Assembly (NCBI GenBank): GCA_002269645.1
Contig: NIVC01004360.1
Location: forward strand, 1 to 48,601
DNA from: Macrostomum lignano
Taxonomy: Eukaryota
Direction: 5' to 3'
Length of the DNA stretch: 48,601 bases
The position numbers and the translations under genes were made by a program. Position 1 is the first letter of the stretch; the number at the start of each line of letters is the position of its first letter. The notes below the pieces were generated by a model. The model was not told the origin of the DNA, made no database searches, and saw only the letters and a program-made list of their open reading frames with translations. Below are positions 21,401 through 32,700 of the stretch, one piece after another.

Positions 21401-24400
21401 AATCACTTGTACGAGTAGAATCCAGGGTCCTAGAATCACCTGTAGAATCCAGGGTCCTTCGATCACCTGTAGAATCCAGGGTCCTTCGATCACCTGTAGA
21501 ATCCAGGGTCCTTCGATCACCTGTAGAATCCAGGGTCCTTCGATCACCTGTAGAATCCAGGGTCCAAGGATCACCTGTAGAATCTGTAGATTCATCAGGG
21601 ATTTATCCTTAGAATCCAGGCTTTTCAAGGCTAAGACGTTAAAAAGTCTTACACTCGTAAATAAATTTAACCTAATCTCAATCTGCAGCCGACCAAACAA
21701 CCTGCTGGTGCTAAGCGAGGCCCCGTTTCACACTCTCCATGCTCATATTAGCATGACCACCGATGCTATGGGTCATCGAGTACATTCGCCGACGCAGCAG
21801 CAGCAACAACAACAGCAACAACAACAACAACAGAGACCAGGTCACGCGGACCCAGCCGAACCGATGCTCAATCCAATTTCTGCTCACCTGCGCGCCGCCA
21901 TGCAGCAATCGCTCGGAGCCGTCGGCGGCGGCGGTGGCGCCCATCCTCACGTGGCACCAGCCGGAGGATTATTTATCGATCCCTTTCTCAATTGTTTAAG
22001 CCGGCATTTCATGCCGCCGCGGGTGGCTGCTGCGGCAGCGGCGGCTAACCCTGGCAGCAACTCGGCCGCGTCCACTGGCGCTAGGGCGCCGGCTAGCGGC
22101 GTTAGCGTCGGCGCCAATCCAACTAATTCGTCTAATCCGATTGATGGCGCCGCCAGATCGGCGCAGAGTCGGCCGCCGCAAATGATGGAGCATGTGAGTG
22201 AATTGGTTTAGTGGGGGTCACGCTTCAGTTAATTAGGTCAGCTTTGTCATGGGTTAAGGGGGGGGTCATGGGTTAGGTGGGTCATGTGTTAGTTGGGTCA
22301 TGGTTTAGGTGGGTCATGAGTTAGGTGGGTCATGGGTTAGGTGGGTCATGTGTTAGTTGGGTCATGGTTAGGTGGGTCATGGGTTAGGTGGGTCATGGGC
22401 TAGGTGGGTCATGAGTTAGGTGTATCTTGGGTTAGGTGGGTCATGGGTTAGGTGGGTATTGGGCTAGGTGGGTCATGAGTTAGGTGTATCTTGGGTTAGG
22501 TGGGTCATGTGTTAGGTGTATCATGGGTTAGGTGGGTCATGGGCTAGGTGGGTCATGAGTTAGGTGTATCTTGGGTTAGGTAGGTCATGTGTTATGTGGG
22601 TCATGGGCTAGGTGGGTCATGAGTTAGGTAGGTGAGGGTCAGATGGGTCATACTTATTGGTTTATACTGTCCCACTGTTTAGTTGGGTCATACCTCAAGC
22701 GTTAATCGGATCTGGCATGCATGATCTTATTGGGTTTTCAACTGTTTGTTATTGCCAAATAATTTTTATGTATCTTTATGCTTTCTCGTCTAGTATGTTT
22801 TGTATTAGGGCGCATCCATCCATGGAGTCTCCGTATCTGACCTCACAAAATTGTGCTTTTTTTCAACAAACTCGCCAGTTGCTGGGCTCGTTTCTATCCG
22901 GCGGCGGTGCAGCCTCCGTGATGGAGCAAGTGGCAAATTTATTCGGCTCCACTGGCAACGAGACGCCCGGAGAGAATTTCCTAACCGATCTGCTAATTTT
23001 GGTGCTCAGCAACGGGCAGTTGGCTCTACCAGATATCATGGCGCTTATGGCTGGCGATGGCCGGCCTATGGACTCAAGTAGGCAGGCTGTGCAAGACTAT
23101 CTGGAGCAGTATTTGCAATTGCCTGGCCATTTGGAGGCTCAGTTGGTTGTGCTGAGGCCTCTGCTAGCTGGTTCTGTAGCTGGACTGCCTGTGCAAGCTC
23201 GTCCGCCCAGCGGACTGGGACCTGACGAACTTGTACTCGCTGTTATTCGGCACAATGTCACAGTGACCAGGTTGGTTATCTCTGATTGCAGTTTTCATAT
23301 CTCAGATGGATTGCAGTTGTCATATCTCAGATTGCAGTAATCAAATCTCAGATTGCAGTTTTCATATCTCAGATTGCAGTTTTCATATCTCAGATTGCAG
23401 TTGTCATATCTCAGATTGCAGTTTTCATATCTCAAATTGCAGTTTTCATATCTGATTGCAGTTTTCATATCTCAGATTGCAGTTTTCATATCTCAGATTG
23501 CAGTAATCAAATCTCAGATTGCAGTTTTAATATCTCAAATTGCAGTTTTCATATCTCAGATTGCAGTAATCAAATCTCAGATTGCAGTTTTCATATCTCA
23601 AATTGCAGTTTTCATATCTCAGATTGCAGTAATCAAATCTCAGATTGCAGTTTTCATATCTCAGATTGCAGTTTTCATATCTCAGATTGCAGTTGTCATA
23701 TCTCAGATTGCAGTTTTCATATCTCAGATTGCAGTTGTCATATCTCAGATTGCAGTTTTCGTATCTCAAATTGCAGTTTTCATATCTGATTGCAGTTTTC
23801 ATATCTCAGATTGCAGTTTTCATATCTCAGATTGCAGTAATCAAATCTCAGATTGCAGTTTTAATATCTCAAATTGCAGTTTTCATATCTCAGATTGCAG
23901 TAATCAAATCTCAGATTGCAGTTTTCATATCTCAAATTGCAGTTTTCATATCTCAGATTGCAGTAATCAAATCTCAGATTGCAGTTTTCATATCTCAAAT
24001 TGCAGTTTTCATATCTCTGATTGCAGTTTTCATATCTCAGATGGCAGTTTTCATATCTCAGGTTTCAGTTTTCATATCTCATATTGCAGTTTTCATATCT
24101 CAGATGGCAGTTTTCATATCTCAGGTTTCAGTTTTCATATCTCATATTGCAGTAATCAAATCTCTGATTGCAGTTTTCATATCTCATATTGCAGTTTTCA
24201 TATCTCATATTGCAGTTTTCTACAGCAGTAAATAATACTTAAGTAACTTAAATACTTAATTGGTATTTTACAATTAATTTTGTCTTCAGAGAGCAGCTGA
24301 TGGCGGCTAACACAGATGAAGGTTTCGGCCAGCTGCTATTAAACAGCTTCAATCGATTAATTGACGAAATTATTAGCGTAGCTTTGAAATCCCTTGGACC

Positions 24401-25397
24401 TGCCGGGTAAGTCTGTTGCGTAGTATTTCTTTCAATTTCCTGCTTAAAATAAAAATCGTAAGAAAACTTTAAATTCTTATCAGCTGGCGAGGCTTCTAAA
24501 GAGGTAATAGTTCCTCATGCCGTTTACCCTTGTACTTAAAAATCTATTCAGAGCGCAACGAATGGCGGACCGACTGATGCAGCAGTACATGCTGTCAATG
24601 TCCAGCCAGGCTGGTGGCAGCGCCGCCGGCGCACCGGACATGATTCAGTTTTGCTCTCAGGTGCTCGCCACCAGGGTGCAGGGCCGATTGCGCTCTGGTA
24701 CGCCAGGATTTCCGCCCTACTTGTTGACAACCCCAGCGGCAACAGCGTCGACAACAATAGAAGCGACAAATCAGAAGGCGTCGGCAGCTGTTAATTCTAC
24801 AGCCCGACGGCAACCGTCGGAGCACGAGCGTCGAATTCTGGCGCTGAAGTCGGAGCCTGCGAATCTGCCAGACGACGGCGATCCACTGGCTTATTCGGCC
24901 ACGGCTTTGACTGCCGCTGTGACCGCCGCTGCCGCAGGTTCCGGCGCTCCGTTGGCTCCGCTGGATTTTCCAGCCGATTTTGCCCCTGTGGTTGAAGCAG
25001 ACGCGGCGGCTATGCGAGCCAGACGGCCGCCGATGGACCGGCCGCACCCCCTGTCGGACGCTTATTTGAGGCAGCAGCCGCACGCTAAACGACGCCGGGT
25101 GCTGCAGACGCCGGATGGTTCGCAACAAGAAACACCCAATGACCCGACAAGCCAGCAGCAGCAGCAGCAGCAGCAGCAGCTACGTGAGCCGGCGTTTCAA
25201 TTATTAGATCGCCTAGTGGCAGAGACTGCAGCCCAGCTAGGCCAGGCGGGCCAAGACTAGCGCCGGCCACAACTAGCGATGACGCCGAGTTCCGTTCGGC
25301 TTTCCTGTCGGAATTGTTGGCACAAATTCGTCGCCGAGTTGGACATGACAGCGACTTTGAGGCGAATCGATTTCCTAGCACTGCTAGGCAACTTTGA
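18461..25397 (+). CDS. BAG6: Large proline-rich protein BAG6 (BAT3/Scythe) homolog
   Basis: Exons 18461-18526, 19112-19603, 19950-20317, 21689-22193, 22879-23270, 24290-24406, 24552-25397, with compatible phases 0,0,2,0,2,2. N-terminal UBL (VKTLD..QRLIFQGRVL), LHNLSDL, TDEGFGQLLL, LSDAYL..AKRRRV NLS, C-terminal IRRRV..DSDFEANRFP. The last 45 codons need a 1-bp correction near 25250 or a 77-nt intron. Confidence 0.92.
18901..19072. repeat. 26-bp degenerate minisatellite in BAG6 intron 1, about 6.5 copies
   Basis: Unit TTTTAGTGATATATCTCAAGATGAGA with variants. Confidence 0.85.
19638..19910. repeat. 20-bp minisatellite in BAG6 intron 2
   Basis: Unit TCAGAGTGCCTCTCACCCCT, about 13 copies. Confidence 0.97.
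20350..21590. repeat. 27-bp minisatellite in BAG6 intron 3, about 45 copies
   Basis: Unit AGAATCCAGTGTCCAAGAATCACCTGT, with sub-variant blocks and a repeated CACCTGCACCTGGTAG junction near 20823 and 21234. Confidence 0.98.
22246..22650. repeat. 16-bp G-rich minisatellite in BAG6 intron 4
   Basis: Unit GGGTTAGGTGGGTCAT, about 25 copies. Confidence 0.95.
23277..24225. repeat. 21-bp minisatellite in BAG6 intron 5, about 45 copies
   Basis: Unit TCTCAGATTGCAGTTTTCATA alternating with the variant TCTCAGATTGCAGTAATCAAA. Confidence 0.98.
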
Positions 25398-26737
25398 TCA
25401 TATAACAGTATTTTCTCTCATAAAGATTTGTGCGAAAAAAATCTAATAATTTTTTGACCACTCTACTATGAGTAGGAATGTAAGAAAGTTGGCGGAGACA
25501 ATGTTTACCAAGCTGATTGTTGAAAAATTGCTATTTAAAACACGTATGTGCATATTAACGAACATTTCTGAATCTGCGCTATCTAATAAAAAGTTGTTTC
25601 CTTTTTTGTTTATTTTTGCTTTTTTTTAGGTCTCGCGTTTCATTCTTTTGCCTTTGCGGACAGTTTTCTTTGACATTTTTCTGAATTTTGGTTTAAAAGG
25701 CGGTTTAAAAAGTGCAATAAAAGACTAATTTGAAAACTAACTCGGCTAATTTATTATTTATTGTATTTTTTGTCCGCCGGATTCCAAAAATCGAAAACAT
25801 TACTTCACCTTTCCAATTAGCTATCACTGTCTTGTTGCCAGAAAATATAGACTCACGCATCGTAAATGGTTTACATCTATTATGAACTTCCTGATCTACT
25901 AAAAAATTACGCTTAATATTCTGGTGTTTCCTAATACTATTAATTATTGCTGCTTTGCTTATGTACTTCCTGCTATAATAAACAACGGAAAACTCTTAGC
26001 TAATATATTGATTGCTATTAACCACTTTTTGTCCGAAATATTCTGCTTAAAAATTAACGATTTATTGGGTTCCCATATTTTCTAATTTTACCCACACATT
26101 GACCTAAACTAAACTAAGCAGAGATTGGATCTTACATGAATATTGCTGAAAATTCTTGTTTGTACCTATACTCTTACGTGCACGTGCTAGTCATTTCTTT
26201 GCTTTGAACTCGATTTCAATGACTTGAAATAATTCGAACACGTACTGTAATTCGGAAACCCGGTATTTTGTGGTAAAAATTACGCTCGTATATTTAAGTT
26301 AGCTTGAAAAACGTTAGACGCTTTCCTTTAATTAAAGCTAGTATTTAGCCACATGTCACACTCTGTAAAGGGGGAGTGTGAGAGTACAGTCAGAGTACAG
26401 TGAGAGTATAACAGTTAGAGTATCTGTGACAATTAGAGTATAACTTTAATTCAGCATCCTTACCATTTTGGAATTTCCTTAAAAAATTTATTTGAAAATT
26501 AGTAGCTTTTATTACTTTTTAATCAGTAAAACCTCATTCAAATTTTAAATTGTTGTTATAATCTGTACAAAAAGCTGATTTTTAAAAGCAAAAATATTTC
26601 GAAGAAAAAGCACAATAAAGTGATTGAATGCTTTTCTGCATAGCATTGGCTTATATCGACTGAGCTATCATTACATTTTGTTTCTGGTATATAACTTTAA
26701 TAAATATTTTTCCAGTGAAATTGAACTAGCCTATAGA

Positions 26738-29700
26738 ATGAGCTTTGATATCGCATTCATTGTTGTTACGATTTTTTGGTTACTTGTTGGTGGCGTTTTG
26801 CCTTTTATCATTCCTCGCGGCTCCCAACGGGGGTAAGTTTTTTTTAAGATTAGGCCTATATTAAATAGTAGTTTTGGTTAAATTTATTATAAACTTTCTT
26901 GTCATTTTATTTAACCCACGTTTTATATTTTTCTACCTATTTAAAAAAGCAATCATGGGAAATTGTATCAGTATTGAATGAAGTGATTTTTAGCCATCCC
27001 ATAGAATTGTTGGCTTTCCTTCAGTTTATGATCACCCCAAAAAGTTAGAATAAAAACTAACCTAATCATAGCATGCAGCTTATACTAGCTGGGCCTATAC
27101 CTACACTTTCATCCCATTAACTCCATTTTACAGATTGTGTTACATGTATGCTGGAAAGTATTTGACTATCTAGTAAATTGTATGCCACTAAAAATTTTGT
27201 GCTACACCACATAACCAATGCAATAAGCAGTGGATGTGCAGTGAATAATTGCTACAAAAAATGAAACCTATATTATTAAAAAATGGAAATAATTAATAAA
27301 ACAAAATAAAAGGACTTCTTCAAGTTTATGTTGATAAAATAGTCTCAATTTGGATAGGATCATAATTTTGTCTCTATAGGGGTTTTTGATGGTGCTGATT
27401 TCAAATTTGAGCTCCATTTTTAGATAGCTTTAACCCAATTATATGTAGCTTAAAACCAACCACTGGGGCATGGGGAATGGAGGGTTTTAGGGTGGGGAGA
27501 TTCTTCATGGGGATTGATTTTATCAACATAAACTTGAATAGAGGCATAGAGACCTATTCAAGATTGTGTTGATAAATTCCAATTCTAATAGGGGGGGGGT
27601 TGAAACAAGTTGGAATTTATTTGACAATGAATCTCTGTTTAATTATATCAACATAAACTTGAATCAACATAACTTTATCTAAATGAATTTGCTTACTGAA
27701 ATTAAGTGCTGTTACTGCCTTAATACAATAGAATTAGTAATCTAGCCTTGTACAGTAGTTGGTTTTGAGGTGCGAAATACAAGTGCGGGTTTTGAATGTT
27801 GCTTTGGCTAGGTACAGTGCAAGTGCGAAGATTGAGAGGGTTGTGACGTGGCAGTTTTTTAAAAAAAGCACACAGTGACATGGCACTGTCTATGCATTAT
27901 AACTAAATTGAAAAACTATAATCCGCAAACATAAAAAACATTTGCATATTAATTTGTAGATATTAATATTCATCTTTAATTGGCCTAATAAAGTTCTAGC
28001 ACATGTGCCATAAAATTAAAAGTCAAGTGGATACACTTTCAAAAATGTATTTGTAGAAACTTTTTCTCACCAAACCTCATTAAGAGAATAGGGAATCAAG
28101 TAAATCGTCATTGCATCAACCATACAGGTAACTTTCTACACTTTTTTACATTTTTGTAATTTTGGGTGCCCCATAAGTCTCCACCGCAAGTTTTAGAAAA
28201 ATCAAAAAATCAGAAGTATTTTATCAACATAAACTTGAAGAAGTCCAAAAAAAACAAAATGTTTTTGTTTTAGGTATCTTTTTTACTAGTTAATTGTAAA
28301 ACTTTTAGTTGGCACTTTATAAAAAGAACTATCATATGAGTGTATCTGAGCATGCTTTTATTCAACACCACACTTAGAGACACGGCCACCGTGTCTCTAA
28401 GTTTCTGCATTATAGACACAGTTGCCATGTCTATAAGTATGGACCTAGTCACTATTAGAGACATGGTCGCCGTGTCAATAAAAATTGCATGGTAGCTGTG
28501 TCGTTAATATTAAATGGGTTCACACTTAGAGACATGGTGTCCATACTCAGGAAGGTTACATGTAAGCCGGAATTTTCCAGTGTACCATTGAAAAGTTTGG
28601 CTATTTTGGCATACCACTTTGAGCTCAAGAAATTTTTGGCGTACCAATTTTGGTGAATAAATTCATGCCATGTATAAAATTGTAATGTAAATTAACCTTT
28701 TTTAGTTCTTAGGTAAAAATGAAAGAAAATTAGTATAGTCTAGAAAAAAAGTGATAAACTTTTTGCTTTTTTAAAATTAACAATGAATATAACTTGTGTA
28801 AATTATTGCTAAGAATGTAAATTTTGCATTTTTTTTCTGTAGGTTTAATTTAAGTTTGTTTAAAAAAAAATATTCGCAAATTTGTAGATTTGAAAGAATT
28901 TTCGTACAAAAGCCTTTCTTAGAAAACTCTACTCGTGAAAACAGAATGACCTTTTTTAGAAGGAATTTTTGGCGTACATTTTAGGGAATTTTTTGTTTTT
29001 GGCATACACAGGCATACATTTAGCTGAGATAGGATTCTTGTTCCGGCATACACTACTACACGATCCAAACTATGGCACGGTAGGTGCCCGTGTCATTAAT
29101 ATTGACTAGGTTCATACTTAGAGGCACAGTGGATGGCCGTGTCTCTAATGTTGGAGCTTAAAGGCATGGCTACCATGTATACAATCATCGATTGGATGAA
29201 AAAAGAGAAAAGTTGTCAGGGGGCTTTTTTACTTGAAATTTAAAAATAAATTAAATTAAATTAAATTTTTAAGAGTAACACAAAATCTTAAAAAAGTGTG
29301 GCCGTAATTATATATGAAAAAAAAATTCTTTCGATACATATTGGCCGCACTTTAAAATTAAGTGTTACTCTTATTAAAAAATTTAATTTAATTTATTTTA
29401 ATTTATTATTTTTTTATTTAAAAACCTGAAAAAATTCAAGGCGAAAAATTTTTTTATTTGCTAAAAAATTTCAAATTAAAAAATCTCTAAGCATTAGGGA
29501 TTCAAACCCCTGCTACTCAAAATCACGAGGCAATCGACATATCCACTGAGCCACCAATTGCTTGAGAGAAAACCCTATAGAACATGCATTTTATATCGAT
29601 GATTATTGCCATGCCCACAAGCTCAAATATTATAGACACAGCCGCCGTGCCTATAAGTACTCCGTTTATTCAATTATGATAAAAGCTGACTCAATCATAG

Positions 29701-32700
29701 CATGCAGTCCACATCAGCTACACTTGCAATTTTACCCTAATATAAAAAGTTTTAACCCATTTTGTTGAAGTAATTTTTGGTAAAATTCAATAATGGCAAA
29801 AAATACTTTTGCAATGACCATTTCATTTATCTAAAGCTGGCCATTTTGGTGAACAATTTGTTTTGCAAATGGTAGAGTTTTTTGTTTTAGAATATAGTCA
29901 AAATGATATTAAGATAAACTTTAAAAAAACTATTTTATTGTCATATGTTTTTATTATTTTTAATAATAGTTTAATAATTAGTAAAATGTTATAAAGTACA
30001 GTATACAATATATTTTTACTATTTTCTATAATCTAATTGAGGTGGGGCAGATAAAGAAAAAATAATTGGAAACTGATTAAACTTGGGGTTTTCAATTGGG
30101 GTTTCTTCGAAACCAGTCGACATTGTATTTGCACAAATAAAGCTGGAAATTATTGTGCAGACAAATCACAATGGAATTTTCTCCTGTTTTACTCCAACTG
30201 CTGGGGTCCTCAAGTCTAGGGGGAGGGTAGTCGTAATCGTAGCAGAGCAGTCATGTAGCGGCGCGATCATTCAAATGATAAGACACCATAGATTCAGAAA
30301 CCAAAATTGATTGTGTTGATTTTTCTGAGCCTGTTACTTCCAGTAGGGTAGAGCTGCCACCACCATAATTTACATATTATGGAACAAACAAGTCTCTGAG
30401 CTTTCTTTGAGCTGAGAACTTTAATTGGTTGTTTTATGCCCCAAGGGCAAATAACTCAAGATAGGCTATGGCTTAATGTCAATGAATAAAATTACCTTAA
30501 CGCTAATCCTATATTACTTTTAATATCAATGGTAAGATATATACTACAATAAATATATAAAATGAAACATTGCAAAAACAAATTAGTTTTACTATTAATT
30601 GCTTGTTTTCAGTGAAGTTTTACAATTCTTGAGTTAAAGTTGAGTATTAATCAAGTATGAATCTGGTGTATTACATCAACTAGTCAACAAGGTCAGTTAG
30701 GTCTAGGCCTAGCCTATGTTAATCAGGTTTGTCTGCAAAGCTTAGTGGCTTTAGTCTTTTTATATACTATTCAAATTATGAAACCATATCCTATCAAACA
30801 TATTGAGGAGCAGTTTATTTTGTATAAAAATGCATATTATATTTTGTATATACATATATACTTATATATTCTTGATAAAATTTAGTATAACCATGGTATA
30901 TGTACCATTTTGTTATATTTTATCATTTTTTATATTCTATATAGTTAGCTATAATGATAGAAATATTAAAAAAAGACTAGTTACATGTCTATTAAAAATA
31001 TCATATTATCCTAATTAGCAATTTTATATCCTTAGATTTGAGGTTGGCAAACTCAAGCCTGCAGGCCACATATGGCCCTCAAAAACCTTTTCTAGCCTAT
31101 TCAACGTTTACGACGTGTCTCTTCTCAGCTCTCTTCTCTAATCTCCTTTCCTTTCCTCTTCTCTTCTTTCCTCTCCTTTTCTATTTTCCTTTCTTTTCCT
31201 TACCTCTCTTTCTTCCTTTTTCTCTTCTCTCTTCCTGTCCTCTTCCCCTTCTCTTGCCCACAGTCATGCACTATATTCTCTATCTGGCCATTGAAGTAAA
31301 ATTTTGCCAACCCTTGCCTTAGATACCAGTGGTATGTCAAATTAGCATGGACTACTTAACAACAAGATATTACACTTGCAAATATTGGCATAATTCTAAA
31401 AGGCTGCTTTGAATGTATGTGTTTTGGTTTATGTATTTTGGTGTTATGGTTTTAGTAGCCTTTTTGCTTGTGAAGCAAGTGTGTATAATACATTAATAGA
31501 AATTAAAAAGTCTAGTGAGTAAAGCCAATTATATGCATGAATCCTTACCAGTCCTTTGTATTTTCTCAAAGAGATGAACAAGGTGAAATTTTTTAACAAA
31601 GAATAAAGAAATACCAGAAATAATGGATTCCTAGATGCAGTTCTAAAGTGTAGAAGCATTGAGGAAGTAGCTAAGATAGCAACAAGAATGAATATCGAAT
31701 GATGGGAACTACACTTATTCAATAATTATACTTGGTATGCTTGTAGCGCAATTTCTGAACTTGTCTAAAATGAAGCAACACAAAGACACAAAGATGACAA
31801 TGAACTGTCCTCAAAATGAAAGCATCAAAAAAACAAAGTGGTCAAGTAAAGTAAAAGGCACTTAGTAAAGGTTGTCACACATATTCACAATTGTCCTACC
31901 AAATGTGTGTACAATTTAGATAAGATGAATTACTTGGTTGAAAAAATTTCTGGATGAAGATTGTAAATGGGGATGAGCCAGGCTACAAATGCAGATGCCT
32001 GTACATGCTAGCTTATCTGGAGTATCCTCTGGCTATCAAATGATATGACACCCACAAAGACACAGAGAAGGTTGTACATAAACCTCATTGAATATAGTTA
32101 AACAGATGCACTGTCAGGGAGTGCAGCGCATAAGATGTGTCTCAACAATGTTTTGACAGTAGGAATCTGTCCCAACTGCCAAGACCACCCATGTGCCAAT
32201 TGAGAGTCAAGGCCCCACTTGCTTCATTCTAGCATCCTCTGGCCAATGCTTGCGGCATATGCCCCTGTGCGCAGTGAAATGTTACCTTTCCTTTGCTGCA
32301 ATGGCAAAGCTTTCATCCAGGAGTCAACCTTATCCTCTTCTTTCAAAAAAAGTTTCTTTAAGTAAATTAACAAATTTTTAATAATTTAGCTTTTTTGGAA
32401 AGCCTTTATTGTGATTTTAATTAGCTGTTGTCTGATTATATTCATAAGCTACTAGTATAGGCCTATGTCACACTTGTGTTCAGCATGTTGTTTTGTTTAT
32501 TATAATAACTACAGTTACAAAAGATGAATTTAAAAAGTGCATTTTAAACTTACAACCTAAATGACTTTTTTTCATTTTTAGACTGATTCAGACAATGCTT
32601 GTGTTGACTGCTGCCTGTTGCTACTTATTGTAAGTTCTATTACTGTTTGTTTGCATATTTTTTCAATTGTTTTCAAACAAATACTTCATTATTGTTAAAG

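Noticed and set aside
20143-24235. Long repetitive ORFs (RITCRIQ, DSTGDS, ISQIAVF) and CRISPR-like periodicity
   Set aside because: These are head-to-tail minisatellites without unique spacers, in introns of a eukaryotic gene, with no cas genes. The ORFs arise because the units lack stops.
31780-32210. Possible piggyBac transposase C-terminal remnant (KKTKW, CPNCQDHP)
   Set aside because: Too degraded. No TTAA-flanked termini identified.
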